Shown: one piece after another, positions 10,001 through 19,443 of the stretch
Layout: every line of letters starts with the position of its first letter
How positions within the stretch are numbered: position 1 is the stretch's first letter
Virus record (IMG/VR): IMGVR_UViG_3300012200_000003
Span: 1 to 53,713 of that record
DNA: 53,713 bases
From: a virus
Reading direction: 5' to 3' (one strand)
Translations under genes and position numbers: made by a program
The notes under the pieces: generated by a model
The model's input: the letters and a program-made list of their open reading frames with translations, nothing else
The model's database searches: none
What the model was told of the DNA's origin: nothing

Positions 10001-12391
10001 AGAATCTTTAGGATGACCTGAAATATCTTCTGTTAGATTATAGTTATGAAAGCTTGGTAACATTTCATCACCCTCAAATTTACCAGAATATTTAACAGGA
10101 GCAGTAGGTAACTTATTATATTCTTCTTCGGAATATTTTGGAATAAAGTTACCAGGTCTTTCATTTTGAAGAGTTCTAAATTTATTTAATTGTTCATTTG
10201 CTTCAGCTTTTGTATATCCTTTAACTTTAGTTAAGAATTTCCAATAGGACTGTTCATCTAAACTACTATTTTTAAAATCCATTATAGGTTCTTGTAAGCC
10301 TTCCTGTGTAATTCCAGGAATTCCAGTCTTATCTGGTATTCTATCAAATATTAACTGTTCTTTACTAGGTTGAGTTTCTTCTTCAGATAACCTAGCTTCT
10401 GGAGTTCTAGTTTCTTCTATAGAACTTAAAGGAACTTTAGATTGAACATCTTTTCCAAATGTTTCTTTAAAAGGAGCATCATTTATTAGCTTATTACTCA
10501 TAAGTCTAACAAAATCTTTAGATTCTGGATTTCCATATTTAACCTTAACAGCAGACCAGAAGTCCTTTAAAAATGATTTAAATTTTCCATCTCCATCAGT
10601 TTTTAATACACGTCTAATAGAATCTTCTCCTACATGAGTATTATAATATTCTTCTATAGAAGATTCCTTATTTTCAGCTTTTCTTGCAGATTTCCATTCC
10701 TGATATTCAGGCGAAGCTTCTATAATTCTATCACCTTTAGTAACTATCTTTTTCTCAGAATCATTTCCATGCTTTAATAGATCATCTCTAAATATATGAC
10801 CTAATTCATGTGGCGCAGTTTCTATTGTTCCAGTCTCAGGATTTACTTTAGCAATAGCTTCTTCTAAACCATTTCTTAGGATTGCTTGTCCTTTCACTTC
10901 AGTTCCATCAGACTTGAAAACTCTATCTTTAATTAACTTCATGTTCCTAAGAACACCTAATTTTTGGAACATTCCAAATAGAGCATTAGTAGGTTTTAGA
11001 ATTAAACCTTCTTTTTCTGCACCTTTTACTAAAGGTTCTGTTCTTTTCTGTGCTAACTCAGAAAGTTTAGATTGTTCTTCCTCACTATATATTCCTTCTC
11101 TCTCTTTTAACTTACTTGGACCTTCTACTTGTTTTTCTCCAGTAGCCTCAATTAAATATTTAAGTCTATCATCTTCTTTTTGTTGTTCTATCAATTTTTC
11201 CTCAGCAAATGGAATTTTAGTTTCCTCTGGTTTCAGTTCTTCTTTCTTGCTTACAACAGGTTCTGCAGTAGCTTCTTTTTCTAATTTAGCCTGTTGTAAT
11301 TCATATTTATATCCTTCTCTTAATCTACCTTTTGCTTCATTAGATAAAGGTTGAAAATCTTTTAAATAATCTATTCCAAAATATTCTGCAACATTCTTAT
11401 CTCCAGTTTGATATATTTTTGCTAATCTTTTAGCTTCATTCTGAGATTTACTTTCGGCTGCGGCAACCTTTTTTAATTGTATAGCCTCATTCTTAGCTTT
11501 TATTTCTCGTTGTTTTAATTCACCAATTGCACCACTCTCTGTAGTAGGAACTACTTCTGCTTTTTCATATCCAGGAATAACAGGTTCAGTTTCTAATGGA
11601 GACTTTAGTTTAATTTCTTCTGGAATTTTTTCTGATTCTACATCTATAAAATCAGGTTTTTGTGCTTCTCTAGCTCCTTTGAAAATATCTTCTCTATAAA
11701 CATTTGGATGTAATCCTATAGATTTTGTCCATTTTCTAGGATCATTTAATAAACCACCACCAACAGTTTCCATTCCTAATATAGCTAAAGATTCTGGATC
11801 ACCAGCAAGAGCTTTCTTTCTAAGTTCAGGATCAGTAGCTAATCTAATAGATGGTTGAATTGTAGAACCTAAACCTACATTAAGTAAATTACCTATATCA
11901 GTAGCATGTGGTCTAATACCTGGAGTTATAATATCTCTAATAGCTCTACCAGCACTAGGTAAAGATTTAATACCTGGTCTAAGTGTTGGCAAAGCAGAAG
12001 CTAAAGAACCTATAGTTGTAGCAATTGGATGTTGTTCTACATCTGTTTGTAATTGCTGTGCAAATTCTGGAGATATAGCTTCTATAGCTTTTTGTTGTCC
12101 TTTACCAGCAAGAATAGAAGTAGCTATACCTGCAATTAAACCAACTGGAATTGAAGCTCCACCAGTAAAAGGAGCAGCCGCTAAACTACCTCCTACTAAT
12201 CCAGCAGTTGTTGGTAAAACTCCAGTAGCAAATGATCTAGCAGTAGCACCAAAAGTAGAAGATTTTGGTTTAATAGTTGGAGAACTAATATTTGCAGATT
12301 GTTCTTCTGCATCATCAACAAGTTCTGCACTATCAGGATCAATACCTCTTTTTTTTAATTCTTCTCTTAATTTATATTCAAATACTGGCAT
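7076..12391 (-). CDS. Giant virion protein (1771 aa), probable internal/ejection protein with an HEXXH motif
   Basis: Uninterrupted 5.3-kb ORF. The N-terminus has Gly/Ala-rich hydrophobic segments (GVLPTTAGLVGGSLAAAPFTGGASIPVGLIAGIATSILAG). Contains HELGH, and four [YF/Q]SEEE.x[SN]KLP repeats. Its position resembles the large T7-type core protein. Confidence 0.7.
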   Translation of the reverse strand: MPVFEYKLREELKKRGIDPDSAELVDDAEEQSANISSPTIKPKSSTFGATARSFATGVLPTTAGLVGGSLAAAPFTGGASIPVGLIAGIATSILAGKGQQKAIEAISPEFAQQLQTDVEQHPIATTIGSLASALPTLRPGIKSLPSAGRAIRDIITPGIRPHATDIGNLLNVGLGSTIQPSIRLATDPELRKKALAGDPESLAILGMETVGGGLLNDPRKWTKSIGLHPNVYREDIFKGAREAQKPDFIDVESEKIPEEIKLKSPLETEPVIPGYEKAEVVPTTESGAIGELKQREIKAKNEAIQLKKVAAAESKSQNEAKRLAKIYQTGDKNVAEYFGIDYLKDFQPLSNEAKGRLREGYKYELQQAKLEKEATAEPVVSKKEELKPEETKIPFAEEKLIEQQKEDDRLKYLIEATGEKQVEGPSKLKEREGIYSEEEQSKLSELAQKRTEPLVKGAEKEGLILKPTNALFGMFQKLGVLRNMKLIKDRVFKSDGTEVKGQAILRNGLEEAIAKVNPETGTIETAPHELGHIFRDDLLKHGNDSEKKIVTKGDRIIEASPEYQEWKSARKAENKESSIEEYYNTHVGEDSIRRVLKTDGDGKFKSFLKDFWSAVKVKYGNPESKDFVRLMSNKLINDAPFKETFGKDVQSKVPLSSIEETRTPEARLSEEETQPSKEQLIFDRIPDKTGIPGITQEGLQEPIMDFKNSSLDEQSYWKFLTKVKGYTKAEANEQLNKFRTLQNERPGNFIPKYSEEEYNKLPTAPVKYSGKFEGDEMLPSFHNYNLTEDISGHPKDSTLAQATLANKGYRIPNELEQHSYKEMVENSDKLNKLKENLGKFSEEEGSKLPKKEYKTPVEQLEESKHPIDKEILDQLHIVKNINTEGRKVVITRDSFDKNSSEYQSAKFKVEKLKQDYKKAIEKLKQLWGPEDVTKQSEEEGSKLPKYSEKEIPKLRMLPQTKEAVESSSNPKQEETKLKNFSTPWGLKFLTPRIDKIAEQFKNNTGNYVSNQLHKWWGWTDQLAGQIGNKQIANFKDANFTEAEHSSLVKYLYDMDSKGNSDVKLNTKQEDFVSKYLENIREPKLLQRELGLKVAGRLAGIKEDGYFPNMLDNDVAYNWSEKSDSEQSKTYDKLYTDFLEKNGLSKEDALAQLKDYKDAIGHHVSPDVEFGAIRKAEGLGLPFELIEKNLPHLMSRYASRAARDLGYFKFLQNDPKMRKAFNLQDQFGNRDKTDLAPDIEHIGGAKVSKDALASVLGADRSTRNPKILAISRIVNNVLMGVGTPIRNLVNIPGFISTYVRPGQIPLIFKAFGNMNDSAARAFENNSIRASFADYDTAGDFVSSPDPFIRRLSEGSYILRKYQGRNLSDKLEGWYIHTLGELLAKDNLAAAKNGDKEAVRLSRRFGDTLEGGVDKLFEKNAIVKDEHIQAIAKRFTDAVRGTYGPEGVPTWTSEGGLSFFTQLSRFNIEKANTIWKDAILPIKEGSYGPLLRTALGGILTGAAIEQINELLSGKRSVDPTITEVEKFGSPVDVGAKVIGLWQLASIAGIISDFSKVGSNLAQGKGIKYNNPLSFPLYSFATDVLAKNTSDLVNSIQDGDDPIESLASYIQALAQQSSQTYRYVDANFVNPELAKRKEAFRDLRIFKELDSGDIPQGTGELPNVIGGKKLKEFKQSSDLEIVAKLLPELIDKALEKSKDNSGNVDPFVLKKELQKIKENNYQTMPSPTDMPIKFVKFISFLEKSQGKEAAASRLQDYLLQNLVNKEKSKLVPSL

Positions 12392-13422
12392 TATTTCTTT
12401 TGTTTTGGAACTCTTATTTTTTGACCACCAACAATTATAATATCATAATTAGGATTAGTTGGATCAGAAGAAATTGAACCTTCTGGTTGTTGTGGTTGTG
12501 TAAAATTACCACCAGTAAAAGGTCCACCCAGCTTCGCTTTAATACCAGTTGATTGTTCTGGTAATGTATTCTTTAATAATTGTTCTCCAGTTGTTAAAGG
12601 AGCTTTAAAAGCAATTTTACCAGTTCCAATATCCGCAACAGATTCTTCAGGTCTAAGAGGAAACAATCTTTCTTTTAAATTTTTATAATACTCAGCTTCA
12701 GCCATACCCGGAATTACTTTCATTCTCTGTTTCTGAAGTTCTGGCTGAGCCTCTAAATTACCTTTTGCAGTTATATTTCCTAATTTTGATTGTTGTATTG
12801 CAGTATCTACATCTATAGGTCTAGTTTTTGCTTCTGATTCTATTCCTCTTTCTGCTTCAGCAGTTCCTAATCTAGATTTAGCTATTCCTTCATACCCCTG
12901 TTGTGCAGTTTTTGATAAAGCAATATTAGAAGTAAGATCAAGATGACTTTTTATATTTTCTGGTGTTGGTTGTATACCTTGAGAGGTAAGAAGAGCTATT
13001 ATATGTTGTTGAGTTTCTTTAGCTAAATCTAAAGGATCAAGAGCCTGTCTTTTAGCTACATCAATAGGTATCTCAGCTTGTTTTGTTCTAATACCTCTCT
13101 TAGCAGCCTCTTCTGCAAGAATATTTTCTATATTTGCTTGATTAGCAAGATTAGTCCCTTTTCCTCCAGTAATAGCATCTAAAAATGGATTTGTAGGTCT
13201 AAATTTTCCTTGTGTTCCAATATCTTTAGGCTCTAATTTAGTTTGTATCCTATTTTCTGTTGGTATACTTTTATTTGACCAATCATAAGGAGTTTCTGTA
13301 ACAGAAGATTCAGGTGGAACTTCTGGAACCTGTTCTACTTGATTACCACCTAAAAGAGAACCTAAATCTAATCCACCTTTTCCACCACCAAAATTTCTTG
13401 CTCTAGATCGTTTAGCGGCCAT
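12391..13422 (-). CDS. Virion-associated low-complexity protein (343 aa)
   Basis: G/Q/T/P-rich. The ATG shares one base with the downstream gene. Confidence 0.55.
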   Translation of the reverse strand: MAAKRSRARNFGGGKGGLDLGSLLGGNQVEQVPEVPPESSVTETPYDWSNKSIPTENRIQTKLEPKDIGTQGKFRPTNPFLDAITGGKGTNLANQANIENILAEEAAKRGIRTKQAEIPIDVAKRQALDPLDLAKETQQHIIALLTSQGIQPTPENIKSHLDLTSNIALSKTAQQGYEGIAKSRLGTAEAERGIESEAKTRPIDVDTAIQQSKLGNITAKGNLEAQPELQKQRMKVIPGMAEAEYYKNLKERLFPLRPEESVADIGTGKIAFKAPLTTGEQLLKNTLPEQSTGIKAKLGGPFTGGNFTQPQQPEGSISSDPTNPNYDIIIVGGQKIRVPKQKK

Positions 13423-13427
13423 AAATT

Positions 13428-13868
13428 TTATATTGGTTGACCAAGTTCATTATGATGACTTTCATAAGATATTTCTCTAAGCTCTAAACTAGCATGTCTT
13501 CTTACAGATTGGCCATTAACAATCTCTATACAAGCTAAAATAACTTCATTTGCATTTTGTCTAAGAACATCTGCAAATTGTTTTTTCCATTTTATTTCTG
13601 ATCTTTCAAAATGAATAGAATCCAAATAAGAATTAAAAGCCATTTTAACTAAAGAATGTAAAATAGTATAATTTTGAATATAAAAATGATTAGCATAGAT
13701 AGCCTCTGCATAATCATGACCTTTAATAAAAAACTCAAAATCTGTTTTTTCTCCATCAATCCAATCATCTAACATATGACAATAAACAATATAAGACATA
13801 ATCCAAAGAAGAGCATCTGGATTACTCTGTAAATATTTTGTTAAAAAATCTACAAATTTATTTCTCAT
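13428..13868 (-). CDS. Hypothetical protein (146 aa)
   Basis: ORF in the structural arm. Confidence 0.5.
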   Translation of the reverse strand: MRNKFVDFLTKYLQSNPDALLWIMSYIVYCHMLDDWIDGEKTDFEFFIKGHDYAEAIYANHFYIQNYTILHSLVKMAFNSYLDSIHFERSEIKWKKQFADVLRQNANEVILACIEIVNGQSVRRHASLELREISYESHHNELGQPI

Positions 13869-14683
13869 ACAGAAACAAGGGAACCTATTCCAGTAGTTGT
13901 TTCATTTAATCTATCGAGTAAGTCTCTTCTTTGTGCATTTATATCTTGTTGTTGTCCTACAAGTCCAGCAGTTGTCCCTGTTAAAGAATTTCCAACGCCA
14001 ATAGCTTGATTTTGTGTTCTATTTATACCACCAAATTCAGATAATCCTGTTCCTGTTGGACCTTTACCCAAAGCTATATTAGTACTATTAAAAGATCCAC
14101 TTGAAGGTTGAAGAAAATTAGATGCAATATTTATAGCACTACCAAGTGCATCTCTTCTTTTTTGTAATTCATTTCCAAATGAAAGAGCATTGGATACTGT
14201 TCCAGTTGCAGAAGGAACAGAAGCATTTCCACTTCTAGCATTTTCCTGTGAAATAAGTCTCTCTGCTTCTGGATTAGCATTATTCAAATTAATACTACCA
14301 AGTAAATCTCCAAGTTTACTAGCTTCAGCCGCTCTCGTTTTATAATATTCTGGATTTAAAGTCTTATCTAAAACTTGAGATTCTCTAGCTGCTTGTCCAC
14401 CAGCACCTTGTAAAAGTTCTACATCTGTAGCAGCAGTTCCTTTTCTAGATACAGCTTCAGCTTTAGATCCTGCTTCTGCTAATCTAGGAGCATACTGTTC
14501 GTATAATTTTGTAAGTAATTCTTGATAACCTGGAGATGTAGCTTGTGACGCTGCTAGTTCAGATTCGGCTTGAGGTTTTAATTGTGAATTGACTAAGTTC
14601 ATATACTGTGGTAAATTCTGCATCACAGTATTTATTACATCAGAACTTAGTCCTGTTCCTGATTTGGCTGCTGGATCGCCCAT
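13865..14683 (-). CDS. Virion-associated G/S/A/Q-rich protein (272 aa)
   Basis: Low-complexity composition typical of internal virion proteins. ATGA coupling. Confidence 0.55.
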   Translation of the reverse strand: MGDPAAKSGTGLSSDVINTVMQNLPQYMNLVNSQLKPQAESELAASQATSPGYQELLTKLYEQYAPRLAEAGSKAEAVSRKGTAATDVELLQGAGGQAARESQVLDKTLNPEYYKTRAAEASKLGDLLGSINLNNANPEAERLISQENARSGNASVPSATGTVSNALSFGNELQKRRDALGSAINIASNFLQPSSGSFNSTNIALGKGPTGTGLSEFGGINRTQNQAIGVGNSLTGTTAGLVGQQQDINAQRRDLLDRLNETTTGIGSLVSV

Positions 14684-14691
14684 GTTAGTTT

Positions 14692-15003
14692 TTAAAAGTT
14701 ATAATTCACAAGTTTATTATATCTATATGCTGATATAAAATAACCTGGGTATTTTTGTTTATAGTATTTTATGAAATCTTTTATTCTTTTGTAACCTACA
14801 AGACATTTTACGTGGAGTCTTTTTTCTTCTTTATGATCTTCACCAAAACAAATTCCATTCAACCCCCCATCTTTATTAGTTGTATACACTAGAGTTTTTT
14901 CATTTATAGCCTTAATTATAGCCCATTTGATTTGGTCATCTGTCCAATCTTTCAGGATTTCATGCTTTCTTATAAATTCTACTGCTTGCGTAATGGAAAT
15001 CAT
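14692..15003 (-). CDS. Hypothetical protein (103 aa)
   Basis: ORF in the structural arm. Confidence 0.5.
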   Translation of the reverse strand: MISITQAVEFIRKHEILKDWTDDQIKWAIIKAINEKTLVYTTNKDGGLNGICFGEDHKEEKRLHVKCLVGYKRIKDFIKYYKQKYPGYFISAYRYNKLVNYNF

Positions 15004-15335
15004 ATATCAAGAATTTTAGCGGTTCTTAATTTGATTAATAACTCGTTATATGATGCTTGTAATGCTATAAAAGCATTCTTTAATTCTAGAAAAGAATTTT
15101 TAGTAGGAACTTCCCCTAGGGATACAGAATCTACAATTATATTAAAAGTATCAGAATTTACTAATTCTACAACTTCAAATTCTGTAGCTTCTACCTGTTT
15201 AAATGAACCATAATCATCAGTTGTTCCAACAGGAATTCTTATATTCTCAAAGAATTCTTGAAGATCATTTCTTGTTGCCCAAGCTACAAACTCATCAGAA
15301 AATGAAGTAAAAGATAAAGAAGCTCCTGGAATCAT
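15000..15335 (-). CDS. Hypothetical protein (111 aa)
   Basis: ATGA coupling. Confidence 0.5.
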   Translation of the reverse strand: MIPGASLSFTSFSDEFVAWATRNDLQEFFENIRIPVGTTDDYGSFKQVEATEFEVVELVNSDTFNIIVDSVSLGEVPTKNSFLELKNAFIALQASYNELLIKLRTAKILDI

Positions 15336-15338
15336 AAA

Positions 15339-16982
15339 TTAACCTTGAGTATACAAAGTTGCTTGCTGACCTAAACTAGTTTCATTAGTTATTTCATCAG
15401 CATTTGTTTCTAATAAAAGTAATTTGGCAGAATTTTGCCATCTTAACTCAATCGCAACTTTCCATCCTATTTTAGATAAACGTTCAAAATTAAAATGAAT
15501 ATTATCTGTTACACCAGAAGAGAAATAGGCAATAGGATACATTACTGGAAAAGTAATTCCTGGTGGAGTCTTAGCAAGAGTAGCACTCACTGATTTTCTT
15601 ACTCTATTATTTACTATTTCTGTAGCTATTACCTGAGAGGTAGAATTACTTTCATCAAATACTGCGCGAACATTTTTAAGTTTAATTTCTGGGATTGATT
15701 TACCGGAATTTAATGCTTTAAATCGAACTCGCGCTTCCATATAAGAGACTGATTGGAATAATTTTATAACTTTAGAAGAAGTTATACCATAAAGAGTTGG
15801 ATTTTCTGATTGATCAGCTATTGCAAATTGCTTTATTGGAGCTTCTAGTGTAATAAAAGAATTCCATTTTTGTCTTAAAGTATCATAAATAGCAAGAACA
15901 TTTCCATAAATAGTATTAACCGAAAAAATAGCATAATTATCAAAAACTGTAGCTGCTGTAAGAAAAGATTGTTTTATTTTATTAAATACTTTAGAAATTA
16001 AAAGAGAGAAAATTGAATTTCTTCCTTCATTCATAATAAATTGAACTGCATTAAAAGAACGAAGACCATCAAAATCAATAAAAGCATAATCCCCGAGGAT
16101 ATCAATAAAAGATTCTTGATTAGTTACACCAGCAAATATAGGTTTTCTATTTAAAAATGTAGGCTCTGCAAAAATAGTTTTTTCATAATTAAATTCTACA
16201 GGAAAGCAATTTCTTTCAGTTGCTATTAAAAGCTCACCAGAATTAAGAGATTTAATACACGTAATATCATCATATCCAGTAGCATAAGCAGTAGTTTCTG
16301 CATCTCCTCCTTTATTTCCATTAATATCTACATTAACAACGAAATCTATTGGGCGGCCAGAAACACTTCTATAGATTCTTTTTTTATCAGGAGAAATCCC
16401 AAAAAGAATCCCATTAATAAAACACATATTTCTCATTATAGGACAATAAGAACGATTTTCTAATGTCCATTGAGAATATCTATTTAATCTAGTAGCTACC
16501 GCATCTGGAGAAATAAACCATCCTATAGAAACTCCATCCTGAACTACAAGTCCTGCATTAAGAGTATTTATTTTAAATGGCTGAACTGTAACATTAGTAT
16601 TTACTGAACTTCCGTCAATTTTATTAGGAATCTCTAAAACTTTTTTATAATTAAAAGTTGAAGCAGGAACAGCTTGAGTAAATATATAATCTACTAATGG
16701 ATTTACAAAAATATCCTCAATTTGTGTCCATTCTGTAGCATCAACATTACGATAATAACATAAACCAGCATTAAAAAGAACTAAATATTTATCAAAAGCA
16801 TATATTCCTTGCTTAAAACCAGCAGGAGCTTTGATATCTTCTAAATTTTTATTCAATGGGATCAATGATGAATCTCTATTTACCACATTAAAAGCTAATC
16901 CATAAGAATTTTCATTTAATTTAGTATCATTATTAAATAAATCCATACCGCCAGAGAAATCATTTTGTAATCCAGTAATCAT
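15339..16982 (-). CDS. Tail/virion structural protein (547 aa)
   Basis: Size and position only. Confidence 0.55.
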   Translation of the reverse strand: MITGLQNDFSGGMDLFNNDTKLNENSYGLAFNVVNRDSSLIPLNKNLEDIKAPAGFKQGIYAFDKYLVLFNAGLCYYRNVDATEWTQIEDIFVNPLVDYIFTQAVPASTFNYKKVLEIPNKIDGSSVNTNVTVQPFKINTLNAGLVVQDGVSIGWFISPDAVATRLNRYSQWTLENRSYCPIMRNMCFINGILFGISPDKKRIYRSVSGRPIDFVVNVDINGNKGGDAETTAYATGYDDITCIKSLNSGELLIATERNCFPVEFNYEKTIFAEPTFLNRKPIFAGVTNQESFIDILGDYAFIDFDGLRSFNAVQFIMNEGRNSIFSLLISKVFNKIKQSFLTAATVFDNYAIFSVNTIYGNVLAIYDTLRQKWNSFITLEAPIKQFAIADQSENPTLYGITSSKVIKLFQSVSYMEARVRFKALNSGKSIPEIKLKNVRAVFDESNSTSQVIATEIVNNRVRKSVSATLAKTPPGITFPVMYPIAYFSSGVTDNIHFNFERLSKIGWKVAIELRWQNSAKLLLLETNADEITNETSLGQQATLYTQG

Positions 16983-17492
16983 TTATCCTTTAGATAATAT
17001 TATATTATTTAAAACAGCATACTCACCATGTAATTTTTTAAGTAGCTCATTAGCAGCTTCAGCAGCCATTTCTTCATCAGGAAATCCATACTCCCTATAG
17101 CGTTTTCCATTAAACCTAACTGAAATATCAAAACAATGATTTTTTGTATTTCTAAAAACATTCTTATATTTATTAGAACCTCTACAACCAAGTCTATTCA
17201 TCTGATTTTGGCCTCGCGTTACGATTCTTAAGTTAGATTTTTTATTATTCAAAGGATTTCTATCTATATGATCTCTCTCCATTCCAATTGGACATTCAAT
17301 AAGAATATGAGTTAATGATACATTCTTATTTAATATTCTACTATGACATTGAATATTAGCTACTATATATTTTTGCTTTCTAAATGAAAATTTAAGCCTA
17401 GCATTCCAGTTAGTATTATGTTCTAATACTTTTTGAGTATCTTCATCATCTATTTCGAAAAATAGATTACAATTTGAACACTGTATTTTCAT
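16983..17492 (-). CDS. HNH homing endonuclease with C-terminal AP2 DNA-binding domain
   Basis: HNH core ERDHIDRNPLNNKKSNLRIVTRGQNQMN, followed by the AP2-like segment YKNVFRNTKNHCFDISVRFNGKRYREYGFPDEEMAAEAAN. Free-standing between tail genes. Confidence 0.8.
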   Translation of the reverse strand: MKIQCSNCNLFFEIDDEDTQKVLEHNTNWNARLKFSFRKQKYIVANIQCHSRILNKNVSLTHILIECPIGMERDHIDRNPLNNKKSNLRIVTRGQNQMNRLGCRGSNKYKNVFRNTKNHCFDISVRFNGKRYREYGFPDEEMAAEAANELLKKLHGEYAVLNNIILSKG

Positions 17493-18445
17493 TGATATTT
17501 TCTATATTTACCATATTTAACTACAAGATTCAATAAACCACTTCTACCTACTTTCATTCTTTTTTGAGTAGTAGATAATTTGTCCTCAGTCTTACGTTTT
17601 ATTTGTTCATTAACTTTATTATAAGCTAAAATAGCACGTTGCTCATTTCCAGGTTGATCCTCAGCTATTAATTGTTTAGCTTTAAGAACAATTACATCAT
17701 CAAATCCATCTACAGGAAATTCATCATCATCTCTTTCTAATCTAGGAAGTCTAGGTTTATATAGAACTTCCATTACATAAGTGCCATCAGAACAAGAACT
17801 AAGATTAGGATAAAGACTAACATCGACAATAATATAACGAGATTCTTTTTGATCTGCATAAATAGTTGCCAATTCATTAGAATCGGCATCAAGCAAAGTA
17901 ACATTATAATCTGTTACTTTATTTTTCTTTATTGAAGTAAAATCAATGAAAGAAGCTAACCAAGAATTTGAAGTAGAATTAATTATAACATTTTCAGTCC
18001 ATCTATTTGAATTACTTGTTTCTCCTGTTAGAGTCACTGTTAATGATATATCAGCCACAGGATATGTTATTAAACCTGGAGCCGCATTTGTAATTTCAGT
18101 TTGAAACGCTGAATATCCTTTTATTCTCCAGTTTCTCCATAAATTATTCCAAGCTTCATTTTGATAACGAGGTCTAATATCAAATAATTTCCAATCTCTT
18201 CTATAATCTTCTGATTGTCTAATAGCCCTAAGCTCACCAATAGAAGAAGGAAGTGAAATCTCTTTATTGCTATTCGCACGTAGGTAAAGCTCTTTTAAAC
18301 TTATTGGAAGATCTTTATTTTCATAGACTTCAATAGCTGCCTGGTTTATAATATCAAGAACACGAGCTTTCTGTTCTGGATTTTCTCCTGGAGATGTAAT
18401 TCCAGTCTCAGAACAAACTCTTCTAATTATATACCCTAAGCTCAT
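17489..18445 (-). CDS. Tail/virion structural protein (318 aa)
   Basis: Position; ATGA coupling. Confidence 0.55.
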   Translation of the reverse strand: MSLGYIIRRVCSETGITSPGENPEQKARVLDIINQAAIEVYENKDLPISLKELYLRANSNKEISLPSSIGELRAIRQSEDYRRDWKLFDIRPRYQNEAWNNLWRNWRIKGYSAFQTEITNAAPGLITYPVADISLTVTLTGETSNSNRWTENVIINSTSNSWLASFIDFTSIKKNKVTDYNVTLLDADSNELATIYADQKESRYIIVDVSLYPNLSSCSDGTYVMEVLYKPRLPRLERDDDEFPVDGFDDVIVLKAKQLIAEDQPGNEQRAILAYNKVNEQIKRKTEDKLSTTQKRMKVGRSGLLNLVVKYGKYRKYQ

Positions 18446-19440
18446 GTTTTAATAAGAATTCTACCTACAGCAGATGGCTGACAATTATTATGTGCTGCAT
18501 TTGCCGGCGCAGTAGCATTTGCTACTGTTACACCATCTATAGTAATATTGTATAATAAACTACCTCCACTAGAATATCCAGTTGAATTAACTTCATCACG
18601 TTTTCTATATGCGTGTGTATGAGCAGGTAATCCAGATTCATCAGCAGTAAGTAAATGAGTCTCTTCTCCAAAATTAGTAAGTCCTAAATTTCTAGCTGTT
18701 AATCCAGCTCCAGTTCCCCTACCAACTAAACATCTACCCCTAAAATCTGGAAGTTGAAAAGTTAAAACACCATCACCAGCACCCCAAGTAGTTCCAATTG
18801 CAGCAAACAAACTAGAAAAAATAAGTCTATTTACTAATGAACCATCACAATCTAACCAACCTTGATTTTCTATTATTGAATAAGCAGTAGTTTTACAAGT
18901 ATATTTTAAATCTCCAGCAGACCACATAGAAGCAATTGAACTATTAGTAGCAACTAAACCTGCTGCTGTTGCAGTAGCAGAAACATTAGCTGTATCAGCA
19001 TCAGTCTGTGCATCATCTGCTTTAGTATCTGCTATTGCTGCATTAGCTAAAGCTGTATTCGCAGTTGCTTGAGCAGCAGCACTATTAGTAATAGCTGTAT
19101 TTGCTAAAATTAAAGCTTCTACTCCAGCTTTATCAATTAATGTCCAAAAAAATAAAGTATCATCTTCTGCCTCATTCTCATTCCAAATATAGCATTTTAC
19201 ACTACTATCAAATAAAATTCTTTTCCAAATATATCGTTTCCACCATAAAGGAGTAATTCCAGTATAAGAATTATTAGGATTTGGCACTAAAGGTGTATCT
19301 AAAGCTGTATCTTCTGTCTCTATAATCATCCCTTTATCTGAACCTAACCTACCAGAGTCTACTAATTGCATAAGCTCACTTGCACTTACATTAGTAAGAC
19401 CTGTCAAATCAATACCTTTATCTAAATCTTGTGTTGTCAT
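18442..19440 (-). CDS. Tail fibre protein with C-terminal phage tail-collar domain
   Basis: GWLDCDGSLVNRLIFSSLFAAIGTTWGAGDGVLTFQLPDFRGRCLVG matches the Tail_Collar signature (C.G..........LF..IG..(Y/W)G..DG..TF.LPD.RGR). Ala/Thr-rich coiled stalk. Confidence 0.8.
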   Translation of the reverse strand: MTTQDLDKGIDLTGLTNVSASELMQLVDSGRLGSDKGMIIETEDTALDTPLVPNPNNSYTGITPLWWKRYIWKRILFDSSVKCYIWNENEAEDDTLFFWTLIDKAGVEALILANTAITNSAAAQATANTALANAAIADTKADDAQTDADTANVSATATAAGLVATNSSIASMWSAGDLKYTCKTTAYSIIENQGWLDCDGSLVNRLIFSSLFAAIGTTWGAGDGVLTFQLPDFRGRCLVGRGTGAGLTARNLGLTNFGEETHLLTADESGLPAHTHAYRKRDEVNSTGYSSGGSLLYNITIDGVTVANATAPANAAHNNCQPSAVGRILIKT

Positions 19441-19443
19441 GAT

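Noticed and set aside
11988-12002. Plus-strand TGGCAAAGCAGAAGC with correct spacing inside the giant gene
   Set aside because: It is on the wrong strand for the arm, deep inside coding sequence. Both the -24 element (TGGCAA) and the -12 element (AAGC) deviate from the family.
7076-12391. Giant ORF as an N4-like virion RNA polymerase or as a tape-measure protein
   Set aside because: No single-subunit RNAP-like catalytic motifs were recognisable. There are no sheath, tube or chaperone-frameshift genes typical of a tape-measure context. Its position at the distal end of a podovirus-like structural arm fits an internal or ejection protein better. This is not excluded rigorously.
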